This document shows positions 1-11,247 of a DNA stretch of 64,000 bases, piece by piece. The notes under the pieces were generated by a model. It did not search any database and was not told where the DNA came from. It worked only from the letters and a program-made list of their open reading frames with translations. Every line of letters starts with the position of its first letter. Positions within the stretch are counted from its first letter, which is position 1. The translations under genes and the position numbers were made by a program. The DNA is taken from NCBI RefSeq assembly GCF_036507355.1, contig NZ_AP027877.1; one strand, 5' to 3'. Source of the stretch: Escherichia coli (GTDB taxonomy: Bacteria > Pseudomonadota > Gammaproteobacteria > Enterobacterales > Enterobacteriaceae).

Positions 1-75
1 GATACTCGCCGTGCGGTGATTGAACGTAGTATCGCGCAGGCGATGCAACATTTGTCGCCGCAGGAGAGTAAATAA
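1..75 (+). CDS. ccmH: Cytochrome c maturation protein CcmH, 3-prime end (partial)
   Basis: Frame 1 reads DTRRAVIERSIAQAMQHLSPQESK then TAA. I recognise this as the CcmH C-terminus. The convergent narP neighbour matches K-12. Confidence 0.8.
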   Translation, partial: DTRRAVIERSIAQAMQHLSPQESK

Positions 76-134
76 AAAGTGGCCCGATGGTGATTCCATC
101 AGGCCAGACTGATGACAAAGTGCGCTTAGTTTAT

Positions 135-232
135 GCCGGATGCGGCGTGAACGCCTTATCCGGCCTACACAATCGTGTGAATTCAATAAATTGATCGATC
201 CGCGTAGGCCTGATAAGCGTAGCGCATCAGGC
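135..232. repeat. REP pair (BIME-like) between ccmH and narP
   Basis: GCCGGATGCGGCGTGAACGCCTTATCCGGCCTAC (135-168) and the inverted GTAGGCCTGATAAGCGTAGCGCATCAGGC (204-232) both match the REP consensus family. Confidence 0.85.
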
Positions 233-256
233 AGTTTTGCGTTTGTCATAAATCTC

Positions 257-290
257 AGCCCGATGATAAATCCATCGGGCTATTTTTATT
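257..290. terminator. Hairpin plus T-run between convergent ccmH and narP
   Basis: 9-bp stem AGCCCGATG/CATCGGGCT with a 7-nt loop, followed by ATTTTTATT, which overlaps the narP stop codon. Confidence 0.55.
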
Positions 291-933
291 GTGCCCCGCG
301 TTGTTGCAGGAACAGAATGGTGGCTGCCACGCGTGAGCGGACATTGAGTTTGCGCAGCAGATTGCGAATATGTACTTTTACTGTCTGCTCGGAAATATTC
401 AACACCGAGGCAATCTGTTTATTTGACAGCCCCTGTGCCAGCTCGTGCAGAACATCCAGCTCGCGCTCCGTCAGCACGCTGAAGGGATCTTCTTCCGCGC
501 CAAACATTTCACGTTCATGTAAGTACTGATTGACGCGTTCGCTAAAGACTTTGCTGCCTTTCGCTCCGGCACGAATCGCTTCCAGCAACACTTCCGGGTC
601 GCTGTCTTTCAACAGATAACCGTCTGCGCCTGCGTCTATCAGCGCAAAGACATCGCTGGAGGCATCTGATACGGTCAGGATAATAATTTGCGCGGTAACG
701 CCATCCCTGCGCAAGGCATTGAGGGTATCCAGGCCACTCATACCTTTCATATTGAGATCCAGCAAGATCACGTCGATATCCAGTCTATTCGCCAGATCGA
801 TAGCACTCGCGCCGTCGCCCGCTTCGGCGACCACTTCAAAGCCAGGATCAAGCTCCAGTAACTGACGAACACCGCGTCGCATAAGTGGATGATCATCCAC
901 AATCATCACCTGAAAAGGCGTTGCTTCAGGCAT
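286..933 (-). CDS. narP: Nitrate/nitrite response regulator NarP
   Basis: The 225-aa ORF is trimmed to MPEATPFQVMIVDDHPLMRRG (215 aa, as in K-12). Receiver domain plus LuxR-type HTH (LSNKQIASVLNISEQTVKVHIRNLLRKL). Confidence 0.95.
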   Translation of the reverse strand: MPEATPFQVMIVDDHPLMRRGVRQLLELDPGFEVVAEAGDGASAIDLANRLDIDVILLDLNMKGMSGLDTLNALRRDGVTAQIIILTVSDASSDVFALIDAGADGYLLKDSDPEVLLEAIRAGAKGSKVFSERVNQYLHEREMFGAEEDPFSVLTERELDVLHELAQGLSNKQIASVLNISEQTVKVHIRNLLRKLNVRSRVAATILFLQQRGAQ

Positions 934-1503
934 AGTAGTCTCCTGAGGTTTTATTAGAATCATTATGTTTGAGCGTAGCGTTGGTAACGCTACCAGGCGC
1001 GTGAATGTTACCCCATTTTATGTATGGACATGTAGCGAAAACTACAACCTTGTCGTTCGCTTTGGCATCATTTTCATTATAAAGACGGAATTTTGCATCA
1101 GCTTCTCATCAAGAAAAACAACTAAAAAATCAATCACAATACTTGTGCATTTCTTTAAACAGTTTTTAAAAACTGACTCCGGGTATGGAGCTATGGGTAT
1201 TTTCTGTACCCAATGCTTTTAACTGCAATTAATTTCATAGGATGAAAGCTCAATGCATCAATCTGGTTCTGTTTCTCTTTGTCGTTCCGCAATATCTGTT
1301 CTGGTAGCTACAGCGTTATATTCACCCATAGCATTGGCATCAACAGTTGAGTATGGTGAGACAGTTGATGGTGTTGTCCTGGAAAAAGATATCCAGCTGG
1401 TTTATGGGACCGCCAATAATACGAAAATCAATCCTGGCGGAGAACAGCATATTAAAGAATTTGGTATAAGTAGTAATACTGAAATTAAGGTAATGACTCC
1501 AAC

Positions 1504-2007
1504 TTATTGATAGTGTTTTATGTTCAGATAATGCCCGATGACTTTGTCATGCAGCTCCACCGATTTTGAGAACGACAGCGACTTCCGTCCCAGCCGTGCC
1601 AGGTGCTGCCTCAGATTCAGGTTATGCCGCTCAATTCGCTGCGTATATCGCTTGCTGATTACGTGCAGCTTTCCCTTCAGGCGGGATTCATACAGCGGCC
1701 AGCCATCCGTCATCCATATCACCACGTCAAAGGGTGACAGCAGGCTCATAAGACGCCCCAGCGTCGCCATCGTGCGTTCACCGAATACGTGCGCAACAAC
1801 CGTCTTCCGGAGCCTGTCATACGCGTAAAACAGCCAGCGCTGGCGCGATTTAGCCCCGACATAGCCCCACTGTTCGTCCATTTCCGCGCAGACGATGACG
1901 TCACTGCCCGGCTGTATGCGCGAGGTTACCGACTGCGGCCTGAGTTTTTTAAGTGACGTAAAATCGTGTTGAGGCCAACGCCCATAATGCGGGCTGTTGC
2001 CCGGCAT
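1504..2007 (-). CDS. insB: IS1 InsB (transposase C-terminal part, expressed as the InsAB' frameshift fusion)
   Basis: 167-aa ORF, recognised as IS1 InsB. The A6C slippery site appears as GTTTTTT at 1944-1950 on the + strand. Confidence 0.95.
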
Positions 2008-2201
2008 CCAACGCCATTCATGGCCATATCAATGATTTTCTGGTGCGTACCGGGTTGAGAAGCGGTGTAAGTGAACTGCAGTTGCCATGTTTTACGGCAG
2101 TGAGAGCAGAGATAGCGCTGATGTCCGGCGGTGCTTTTGCCGTTACGCACCACCCCGTCAGTAGCTGAACAGGAGGGACAGCTGATAGAAACAGAAGCCA
2201 C
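1926..2201 (-). CDS. insA: IS1 InsA
   Basis: 91-aa [42 protein letters not shown]..., the zinc-finger/HTH InsA of IS1. Confidence 0.95.
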
Positions 2202-2478
2202 TGGAGCACCTCAAAAACACCATCATACACTAAATCAGTAAGTTGGCAGCATCACCGAAATTAACGGCGGGTATCAGTACATTGAAATGAATGGCACCGC
2301 AGAATACTCCGTATTAAATGATGGTTATCAAATTGTTCAAATGGGTGGCGCGGCAAACCAGACTACCCTCAATAATGGTGTGCTACAGGTTTATGGCGCA
2401 GCGAATGATCCCACGATTAAAGGCGGGCGCTTAATCGTTGAAAAAGATGGGATTACCGTCCTTGCCGCTATCGAAAAG

Positions 2479-2892
2479 GGAGGATTACTGGAGGTTAAAG
2501 AGGGGGGATTAGCGATTGCGGTAGATCAGAAAGCAGGCGGTGCTATTAAAGCAAGCACGCGGGTCATGGAGGTATTCGGAACAAACCGTCTCGGTCAGTT
2601 CGAAATCAAGAATGGTATTGCTAACAATATGCTGTTGGAAAACGGCGGAAGTTTGCGAGTTGAAGAAAATGACTTCGCTTATAATACTACTGTAGATAGT
2701 GGCGGCTTACTGGAGGTTATGGATGGCGGGACTGCAACTGGCGTTGATAAAAAAGCAGGCGGAAAATTAATTGTCTCAACGAATGCGCTGGAAGTGAGTG
2801 GTACAAACAGTAAAGGCCAATTTAGTATAAAAGATGGTGTGTCAAAAAATTATGAACTGGATGATGGTTCCGGGCTTATTGTTATGGAGGAC
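2479..2892 (+). repeat. Tandem ~74-codon passenger-domain repeat inside yejO
   Basis: GGLLEVKEGGLAIAVDQKAGGAIKAS...GTNRLGQFEIKNG recurs 74 residues later as GGLLEVMDGGTATGVDKKAGGKLIVS...GTNSKGQFSIKDG. Confidence 0.7.
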
Positions 2893-4681
2893 ACGCAGGT
2901 CATTGACACTATCCTCGATGAGCATGCCACTATGCAATCGCTGGGAAAGGATACTGGTACGAGAGTGCAGGCAAATGCGGTATATGATCTCGGTCGATCA
3001 GATCAGAATGGAAGTATAACGTATTCCTCTAAAGCCATCTCTGAAAATATGGTTATCAACAATGGCCGCGCTAATGTCTGGGCTGGCACAATGGTTAACG
3101 TTTCAGTCAGAGGGAATGATGGCATTCTTGAGGTCATGAAGCCGCAAATAAATTATGCACCCGCTATGTTGGTGGGTAAGGTCGTGGTTTCTGAGGGCGC
3201 TTCTTTAAGAACGCATGGTGTCGTGGATACCAGCAAAGCGGATGTTTCGCTCGAAAATAGCGCATGGACCATCATTGCCGATATCACTACGACGAACCAA
3301 AACACCCTCCTCAACTTAGCCAACCTTGCGATGTCTGACGCAAATGTGATTATGATGGATGAGCCAGTGACTCGTTCATCAGTGACGGCAAGTGCGGAAA
3401 ATTTCATTACGTTGACCACCAATACCCTGTCGGGAAACGGCAATTTTTATATGCGTGCCGATATGGCTAATCATCAGAGCGATCAGCTCAACGTCACCGG
3501 TCAGGCAACAGGTGATTTCAAAATATTCGTGACGGACACCGGTGCCAGCCCGGCAGCAGGAGATAGCCTTACACTGGTAACAACGGGCGGCAGTGATGCT
3601 GCATTTACGTTGGGCAATGCCGGAGGCGTTGTTGATATCGGTACGTATGAATATACCTTGCTGGATAATGGCAACCATAGCTGGAGTCTGGCAGAGAATC
3701 GCGCGCAAATTACCCCTTCAACCACTGATGTGCTGAATATGGCGGCCGCACAACCGCTGGTATTTGATGCAGAACTGGACACCGTGCGTGAGCGTCTTGG
3801 TAGCGTAAAAGGCGTTAGTTACGATACGGCGATGTGGAGTTCGGCAATTAACACCCGCAACAACGTGACCACTGATGCGGGAGCTGGTTTTGAGCAAACA
3901 TTGACGGGCCTGACGCTCGGTATCGATAGCCGTTTCTCCCGTGAAGAAAGCAGTACAATTCGCGGCTTGTTCTTTGGTTACTCTCATTCTGATATTGGTT
4001 TTGATCGCGGCGGAAAAGGTAATATCGATAGCTATACCCTGGGGGCTTATGCCGGTTGGGAGCATCAGAACGGTGCCTATGTTGATGGGGTGGTGAAAGT
4101 TGACCGTTTTGCCAACACCATCCATGGCAAGATGAGTAATGGGGCAACAGCGTTTGGCGATTACAATAGTAACGGCGCGGGTGCTCATGTTGAGAGCGGG
4201 TTCCGTTGGGTTGACGGATTGTGGAGTGTTAGACCCTATCTGGCCTTTACCGGCTTTACCACAGATGGTCAGGACTACACGTTATCAAACGGCATGCGCG
4301 CGGACGTGGGAAATACCCGGATATTACGCGCTGAAGCGGGAACGGCGGTAAGCTATCACATGGACCTGCAAAACGGTACGGCGCTGGAACCCTGGCTGAA
4401 AGCCGCCGTGCGTCAGGAATACGCCGATTCTAACCAGGTGAAAGTTAATGACGATGGCAAATTTAATAATGATGTGGCTGGAACCAGTGGCGTTTATCAG
4501 GCTGGGATAAGGTCATCGTTTACCCCGACGTTAAGCGGTCATTTGTCAGTCAGCTATGGCAATGGCGCAGGGGTAGAATCGCCGTGGAATACCCAGGCGG
4601 GTGTGGTCTGGACGTTCTGATAACAGACAATAAACAGGCCGTGATGTGTCGCGGTCTGTTTATCGAATTAAATGCAGATAT

Positions 4682-4712
4682 AAAAAAACCAACCTTTACG
4701 GTTGGTTTTTTT
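4682..4712. terminator. Bidirectional intrinsic terminator between yejO and proL
   Basis: 8-bp stem AACCAACC/GGTTGGTT with a 5-nt loop, flanked by an A-run (4682-4688) and a T-run (4706-4712). Confidence 0.85.
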
Positions 4713-4720
4713 GGGATTTT

Positions 4721-4797
4721 TGGTCGGCACGAGAGGATTTGAACCTCCGACCCCCGACACCCCATGACGGTGCGCTACCAGGCTGCGCTACGTGCCG
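4721..4797 (-). tRNA. proL: tRNA-Pro (GGG anticodon)
   Basis: The reverse complement reads CGGCACGTAGCGCAGCCTGGTAGCGCACCGTCATGGGGTGTCGGGGGTCGGAGGTTCAAATCCTCTCGTGCCGACCA. It has a cloverleaf, a GGG anticodon and an encoded CCA end. Confidence 0.95.
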
Positions 4798-4871
4798 ACT
4801 CGTGGCTGTTAATACTACCGTTTTCCACACCGATTGCAAGTAAGATATTTCGCTAACTGATTTATAATTAA

Positions 4872-6632
4872 TCAGTTAGCGATAAAACGCTTCTCGTCTG
4901 TCAGTACTTGCAATAACAAACTTAACTGTGGTTTTTCATCTTTCACTCTTTCACCACGTAAGTTGTAAGTGCGGTATTTACCGTTATTGTTCAGCACCAG
5001 CGTCTTTTTCGGGGTGGTAATTGCCAGCGTATCGTTATCCGCTGCGGTAACCCAGTAATGACGGCGTTGAGCGTTGAACAAATCCTGACCTTGCGAATAT
5101 TCGCTGGCAGGTGTGCTGACATGTAGCAGGCGTTGCATCAGCGTCGTCATCAGATCGGTATGATCAGTCAGAGCATTAATACGCTGCGCCGGCGTGCCTG
5201 GCCAGTGAATCACTAATGGCACCTGCAGATGACCGTGGGACCAGTCAAAGGTTTCTTCCTCTTCGCTCAGTGGAATACCCCGACCGGCAGTGATAATCAC
5301 TACCGTATTGTCCAGTTTGCCAGAATCACGCAGTGCATTGAGCACGCGGTTGATCTGGTCATCGACATTGCCTGCCGCCCGGCTATATTTCCGTGCAAAT
5401 GCCTGCTGATTGCTGTCGTCAATGTTAGTACCATTGAAAGAAACCCACGAGAACCAGCGGTTATCTTCTTGTGCGTAGCGTCCCAGCCAGTTGATCCACT
5501 GCGTGGCGGTCTGCTCGTCGGATTGGGTGCGTACGCTCGGCATCGAGAAATCTGACAACAATGCCTGGCGATACAGCGGGCTGGTAAAGCCATCTGATGA
5601 GAATAACCCCAGCTGATAGCCTTGCTGATTAAGCGCAGTAATTAATGCCGCAGGCGTACGGGTCGACAGAATGCCGTCCATATAGCTCGGCGAGATGCCA
5701 TAGAACAGGCCAAAGATGCCGTTGTCTGTAGTGTTGCCGGAGCTCATATGGCGCGTGAACGAAATATTTTGCTCAGCAAAACCTGCCAGCGCAGGCATCT
5801 GCTTCTCGAAGCGTGAGTAGTTCAGGCCATCGACAGTAATCAACAAGACATTCTGCCCGGTGCCCATATCGCGATAGCGCAGTTCGCTTAACGGATACTG
5901 AACGGAAACGGCGTCTGGATTACCTTGCTCAATAAGACGGCGTTGATACTCCTGCGCATCAAGCAGGCCATGCTTCTCAAGAAAACGTCGCGCCGTCATC
6001 GGGTACGAAAGCGGCAGGTTAGCGCGCTGCATGGTGATCGGGCGATAGAAGTTGGCATCGGCCCAGATATACACCACATGCGAGGCGATAAAGGCGATAA
6101 ATAAGAATGCGGCAAGCGGGCGCGCGAAGCGCCGACGACGCGTCAGGCTGCGCAGCTTTTGCCAGCTCCACGTCGCAAACACCAGTTCAAGCAATAAAAT
6201 AACCGGCACGCTGATGAACATCAGCTGCCAGTCGCGCGCCATCTCATTTTCGTCTGGGTTGATAACCAGTTGCCAGACGATGGGATTAAGATGGAGATGG
6301 AAACGAGTAAAGACTTCGCTATCGATCAGTAATAGCGTCATTCCCGCCGTTGCCAGAATGACGGACAAAAACCTCATCAGCCTCTGGGAGCCGACGATAA
6401 AGGTCAGCGGGAAGAGGATCAGCAAGTAGGTGGCGAACACCAGGAAGCTGAAATGGCCGATAATGCTTACGTAGGAATAAATGCGACCAGCAAGCGTGGT
6501 CGGCCAGTCGGCGATAAACAGGTAACGGCTGCCAATGACGAGCGAAAGCAGAATATTGAACAGTGCAAACCAGTGCCCCCAACTGACCATCTGGGAGACT
6601 TTTTCACGGTAGCGCTGACGATGAGTTACCAT
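4872..6632 (-). CDS. yejM: Essential inner-membrane LPS-homeostasis protein YejM (PbgA/LapC)
   Basis: 586 aa, the same length as K-12 YejM. N-terminal TM helices plus a sulfatase-like periplasmic domain. Confidence 0.95.
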   Translation of the reverse strand: MVTHRQRYREKVSQMVSWGHWFALFNILLSLVIGSRYLFIADWPTTLAGRIYSYVSIIGHFSFLVFATYLLILFPLTFIVGSQRLMRFLSVILATAGMTLLLIDSEVFTRFHLHLNPIVWQLVINPDENEMARDWQLMFISVPVILLLELVFATWSWQKLRSLTRRRRFARPLAAFLFIAFIASHVVYIWADANFYRPITMQRANLPLSYPMTARRFLEKHGLLDAQEYQRRLIEQGNPDAVSVQYPLSELRYRDMGTGQNVLLITVDGLNYSRFEKQMPALAGFAEQNISFTRHMSSGNTTDNGIFGLFYGISPSYMDGILSTRTPAALITALNQQGYQLGLFSSDGFTSPLYRQALLSDFSMPSVRTQSDEQTATQWINWLGRYAQEDNRWFSWVSFNGTNIDDSNQQAFARKYSRAAGNVDDQINRVLNALRDSGKLDNTVVIITAGRGIPLSEEEETFDWSHGHLQVPLVIHWPGTPAQRINALTDHTDLMTTLMQRLLHVSTPASEYSQGQDLFNAQRRHYWVTAADNDTLAITTPKKTLVLNNNGKYRTYNLRGERVKDEKPQLSLLLQVLTDEKRFIAN

Positions 6633-6651
6633 AACCTGTTATCTGTTTCCC

Positions 6652-6879
6652 TTAGTGCGCTTTGTCTTCGTTGATAGAGGACTGTAAGGCGCGGGCAAAA
6701 GAGTTGGCAATTGCCTGGCGTTGGGCCGGGGCAATGCTGGTGTTGATAAGGTTAGTGACCATGTTGCCTAACACCATCAGGGAAAGGTCGGTCGGAGCCT
6801 TATGTTTTTCCAGTACGTTGAGCAACTCTGCGAGCAATTGTTCAACCTGTTCATCACTGTAGCGGGAAATTTGTGGCAT
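6652..6879 (-). CDS. yejL: UPF0352 protein YejL
   Basis: 75-aa [30 protein letters not shown]..., sited 19 nt upstream of yejM as in K-12. Confidence 0.9.
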
Positions 6880-7060
6880 AAATCGAAATCAGTTAGTTGA
6901 TGAAAGGGCAACATATTACCGTAGCAACGGTTTTTTTTCTGCTTTTTTATGCGTTAAATCATTCTCGTTACGCCGCCTTCTGTAAAATGACCGCCATCTT
7001 TTATTGCGTCGCTTAACCGGCGGTGGTTGAATACCGCCCGGTCTTAAAGGAGAGTTTATC

Positions 7061-8068
7061 ATGAGTCTGGATATCAACCAGATTGCTCTGCACCAGCTTA
7101 TCAAGCGTGATGAGCAGAACCTTGAGCTGGTGTTGCGCGATTCATTGCTGGAACCGACAGAAACCGTCGTTGAGATGGTAGCAGAACTGCATCGGGTCTA
7201 TAGCGCCAAAAATAAAGCTTACGGCTTGTTTAGCGAAGAGAGTGAACTGGCGCAGACGCTGCGCTTACAGCGTCAGGGTGAAGAGGACTTTCTGGCATTT
7301 AGCCGCGCGGCAACCGGTCGCCTGCGTGACGAATTAGCGAAATATCCTTTTGCTGACGGTGGATTCGTGCTGTTTTGCCACTATCGCTATCTGGCGGTGG
7401 AGTATTTGCTGGTGGCAGTTCTGAGCAACCTGAGCAGTATGCGCGTTAACGAAAATCTCGACATCAACCCAACCCATTATCTTGATATCAATCATGCGGA
7501 TATTGTTGCGCGTATCGATTTAACCGAATGGGAAACCAATCCAGAGTCCACCCGCTATCTCACTTTCCTGAAAGGGAGAGTAGGGCGCAAAGTGGCGGAT
7601 TTCTTTATGGATTTCCTCGGGGCCAGCGAAGGGTTAAACGCGAAAGCGCAAAACCGTGGGCTGTTGCAAGCGGTTGATGATTTCACTGCCGAAGCACAAC
7701 TGGATAAAGCAGAGCGACAGAACGTGCGCCAGCAGGTTTATAGCTACTGTAATGAGCAGCTGCAGGCAGGCGAAGAGATCGAACTGGAGTCGCTGTCGAA
7801 AGAGCTGGCAGGCGTCAGCGAAGTGAGCTTCACGGAGTTTGCGGCTGAAAAAGGCTACGAACTGGAAGAGAGCTTCCCGGCAGACCGTAGCACACTGCGT
7901 CAGTTGACGAAGTTTGCCGGTAGCGGCGGTGGCTTGACTATTAACTTTGATGCGATGCTGTTAGGTGAACGCATCTTCTGGGATCCAGCAACCGATACCT
8001 TGACCATTAAAGGCACGCCGCCGAATTTGCGCGACCAATTGCAGCGCCGGACGTCTGGCGGCAATTAA
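7061..8068 (+). CDS. yejK: Nucleoid-associated protein YejK (NdpA)
   Basis: 335 aa, with the RBS AAAGGAGAG upstream. Recognised as the K-12 sequence. Confidence 0.95.
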
Positions 8069-8087
8069 TCGGCTTTGTGTTCTGAAT

Positions 8088-8121
8088 GCCAGATGCGGCG
8101 TGAACGCCTTATCTGGCCTGC
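8088..8121. repeat. REP element
   Basis: GCCAGATGCGGCGTGAACGCCTTATCTGGCCTGC matches the REP consensus. Confidence 0.8.
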
Positions 8122-8162
8122 AAAAAATAGCAATACCGTAATCAGGCATAATCTGCAGATAC

Positions 8163-8190
8163 AAAAAACCCCGCCGGAGCGGGGTTTTTT
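8163..8190. terminator. Bidirectional intrinsic terminator between yejK and rplY
   Basis: AAAAAA-CCCCGC-CGGA-GCGGGG-TTTTTT: a GC stem flanked by A and T runs. Confidence 0.9.
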
Positions 8191-8206
8191 ACAACTTATT
8201 CAGCAA

Positions 8207-8599
<393 letters not shown>

Positions 8600-8615
8600 T
8601 CAATCAAAACTACCA

Positions 8616-10376
8616 TTAACCGCGTAATTCGTGCGCCCGACGAAAACGACCTTCGTAATCGAACACTTTTTCACGCACTTGCCAGTACTGACCTTTCATG
8701 CGGGCAACGACAAAATCCGGGTGTCGCAATAAGGCTTGCTGGGCGAGGATATCGGCGGCGGTGATCCAGCGCAGAGGGATGCCCGGTGTGCGCGTATGCG
8801 GGCGGATAAAAAGCTGCTCGAAGGCAGTTCGCTGGGCGGGCGTTTGCAGACGGAAACGCTCACTCACATCCGCGCCGTCTTCATCGTAATAGGTGATTTT
8901 CAACCATTCGCCTTTCTCGTCGTGCCCATGCTGCAAAGACATGCCGCTACAGCGTAATACCAGCGCGTCTTTCAGTCGTAGCGCCGCTTTTAACATATCG
9001 TCAGGATCAACCAGTACCGTGTCACATTCGCGGCAGCGGCGAGCGGCAATATCATTTTCTGCGTTACATTGCGGGCAATTTTTAAAACGGAAACGGAAGT
9101 CACACTGTTCGCGATGACCGTCGTCATCTTCAAACCATCCCTGACAGCGGCGACCAAAGTGTTCAATCAATGTCCCGTCGGCGGTCGTTTTCCCCCAAAA
9201 GGTGTTGGCAAAACCGCAGGCAGGGCAGAAAACCTGTACCGGAACGTTGTCACTTTTGCCTTTCGGTGTACCAACTTCCGGCGCGTAGAGATCGTGAGGA
9301 TTACCCGCATAATCAAGAATTAAGCAATCAGTCTTGCCAGGAGCGAGACGCAGACCGCGCCCGACAATTTGTTGGTAAAGACTCACTGATTCGGTAGGGC
9401 GCAGAATGGCGATAAGATCGACGTGCGGGGCGTCAAATCCGGTGGTCAGTACCGCGACGTTGACCAGATAGCGAAAACGCTGGGCTTTAAAATCTTCAAT
9501 TAACACATCGCGCTCAGCGCCGGGGGTGTCGCCAGTAATCAGTGCAGCATCTTCGGCGGGTAGTAATCCCACAATCTCTTTTGCGTGTTCAACGGTGGCG
9601 GCGAAAATCATCACCCCTTTGCGCGTTGCAGCAAACTCCATAATCTGGCTGATGATGTGCGGGGTAATACGTTGTTGTTTTTTTAGCTCGCGGTTGAGAT
9701 CGGCTTCGCTGAATAGCCCGTTACTCTGTGCCTGCAAGCGGCTGAAATCGTATTGCACTACTGGCATATCCAGTCGTTCTGGCGGCGTCAGATAGCCGTG
9801 TTTAATCATATAACGCAGCGGCAGTTCATAAATGCAGTCACGGAAAAGGGCTTTCTCATCGCCGCGTACCATGCCGTGATAATGGAACTGGTAGATCCAG
9901 CCTTTGCCCAGTCGAAAAGGCGTGGCAGTCAGCCCCAGCAGGCGTAAGTGGGGATTCACTTTTGTCAGGTGAGTGAGGATTTGCTGATACTGGCTCTCTT
10001 CATCGTCACCAATACGGTGGCATTCATCGACAATCAACAGCGAAAATTCACCCTGAAAGGCATCAAGATTACGGGCGACCGACTGCACGCTGCCAAATAC
10101 CACTTTACCGTGGCTCTCTTTGCGCTTTAGCCCGGCGGCAAAAATATCGGCTTCCAGCCCCAGCGCCTGATACTTTGCATGGTTTTGCGCCACCAGTTCT
10201 TTAACGTGTGCCAGCACCAGCACGCGACCACGAGCCAGCCGCGCAAGTTCCGCTATCACCAGGCTTTTACCTGCACCGGTGGGCAGCACGATAACGGCAG
10301 GGGTTTTATGACGACGAAAATGGTTGAGCGTGGCATCCACGGCTTCTTGCTGATATGGGCGGAGTGTAAAAATCAT
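8616..10376 (-). CDS. radD: Superfamily-2 helicase-like DNA repair ATPase RadD (YejH)
   Basis: 586 aa. Walker A PTGAGKS, a DECH box, and a C-terminal Cys-rich zinc motif (CPACG...CPQC...CRECD). Confidence 0.93.
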   Translation of the reverse strand: MIFTLRPYQQEAVDATLNHFRRHKTPAVIVLPTGAGKSLVIAELARLARGRVLVLAHVKELVAQNHAKYQALGLEADIFAAGLKRKESHGKVVFGSVQSVARNLDAFQGEFSLLIVDECHRIGDDEESQYQQILTHLTKVNPHLRLLGLTATPFRLGKGWIYQFHYHGMVRGDEKALFRDCIYELPLRYMIKHGYLTPPERLDMPVVQYDFSRLQAQSNGLFSEADLNRELKKQQRITPHIISQIMEFAATRKGVMIFAATVEHAKEIVGLLPAEDAALITGDTPGAERDVLIEDFKAQRFRYLVNVAVLTTGFDAPHVDLIAILRPTESVSLYQQIVGRGLRLAPGKTDCLILDYAGNPHDLYAPEVGTPKGKSDNVPVQVFCPACGFANTFWGKTTADGTLIEHFGRRCQGWFEDDDGHREQCDFRFRFKNCPQCNAENDIAARRCRECDTVLVDPDDMLKAALRLKDALVLRCSGMSLQHGHDEKGEWLKITYYDEDGADVSERFRLQTPAQRTAFEQLFIRPHTRTPGIPLRWITAADILAQQALLRHPDFVVARMKGQYWQVREKVFDYEGRFRRAHELRG

Positions 10377-10524
10377 GGTCTCGCGTAGGTAGATTATTCT
10401 GCTAATAGTATGCCACGGTTCTTTTTCCCTTGAGGGAAGTTATTAGACCGCTATACTGGGCAGACAACAGTTCAGATTTTCGGGTCAATGCCCGACCTCC
10501 GTTTTTACAGGCAAAATCACACAC

Positions 10525-11220
10525 ATGCGACTTGATAAATTTATCGCACAGCAACTCGGCGTTAGCCGTGCTATTGCCGGGCGTGAAATCCGCGGCAATC
10601 GTGTTACCGTCGATGGCGAAATCGTCCGTAATGCAGCGTTCAAACTGCTTCCTGAACATGATGTCGCTTACGATGGCAACCCGCTGGCGCAGCAACACGG
10701 TCCACGTTACTTCATGCTCAATAAGCCTCAGGGCTATGTTTGCTCCACGGACGACCCTGATCACCCAACGGTGCTCTATTTTCTTGATGAACCAGTGGCG
10801 TGGAAACTGCACGCAGCAGGGCGGCTGGATATCGATACCACCGGTCTGGTGCTAATGACTGATGATGGTCAGTGGTCGCACCGCATTACTTCTCCGCGCC
10901 ATCATTGCGAGAAGACCTATCTGGTGACGCTGGAATCACCCGTAGCTGACGATACGGCAGAGCAATTTGCTAAAGGCGTGCAGCTGCATAACGAAAAAGA
11001 TCTCACTAAGCCGGCGGTGCTGGAAGTGATTACCCCAACGCAGGTTCGTCTGACCATCAGCGAAGGGCGTTATCATCAGGTGAAACGCATGTTCGCCGCT
11101 GTGGGTAACCATGTGGTTGAGCTGCATCGTGAACGTATTGGCGGCATTACGCTGGATGCTGATTTAGCCCCCGGTGAATATCGTCCGTTAACTGAAGAAG
11201 AAATTGCCAGCGTCGTCTAA
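10525..11220 (+). CDS. rsuA: 16S rRNA pseudouridine-516 synthase RsuA
   Basis: 231 aa. S4-like N-terminus and the catalytic GRLDIDTTG motif. Confidence 0.95.
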
Positions 11221-11247
11221 CTTTTCAATGACTTTCAGGAGCCCGTT

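Larger units (their letters stand above)
1489..2256 (-). mobile_element. IS1 (768 bp), copy A
   Basis: Ends GGTAATGACTCCAACTTATTGAT... and ...ATCAGTAAGTTGGCAGCATCACC are the IS1 inverted repeats. insA and insB lie inside. An 8-bp direct repeat GAAATTAA flanks it at 1481-1488 and 2257-2264. Confidence 0.97.
1253..4620 (+). pseudogene. yejO: AIDA-type autotransporter YejO, interrupted by IS1
   Basis: The N-terminal signal peptide ORF (1253-1488) runs into IS1. The 777-aa ORF 2287-4620 carries the passenger repeats and a beta-barrel ending ...GVVWTF. Joining 1488 to 2265 is in frame. Confidence 0.9.

Noticed and set aside
286-963. N-terminal extensions offered by the ORF track for narP, rplY, yejF, lpxT, yeiQ, yeiP, yeiW, galS, preA, preT, yohJ and yeiL.
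   Set aside because: The internal Met starts reproduce the recognised K-12 protein lengths and N-termini. The upstream extensions lack RBS support or overlap promoters and neighbouring genes.
975-993. The palindrome upstream of narP read as a NarL/NarP 7-2-7 site.
   Set aside because: The half-sites TAGCGTT match TACYYMT poorly, and the spacing is 7-3-7. It is kept only as an unassigned palindrome.
965-1222. 85-aa ORF in the narP-yejO spacer.
   Set aside because: It has no Shine-Dalgarno sequence. It sits in AT-rich promoter-like DNA, has an odd composition, and is not a gene I recognise. It is most likely a chance ORF.
1253-1510. 85-aa ORF treated as a stand-alone small secreted protein.
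   Set aside because: It is the yejO signal peptide and first passenger residues, reading 22 nt into IS1 before a stop. It is part of the disrupted yejO.
4682-4797. A search for an att-type direct repeat of the proL 3' end, or an integrase gene, that would mark yejO as a recent genomic island.
   Set aside because: No partial tRNA copy or integrase remnant was visible anywhere between narP and proL. Only a weak islet hypothesis was retained.
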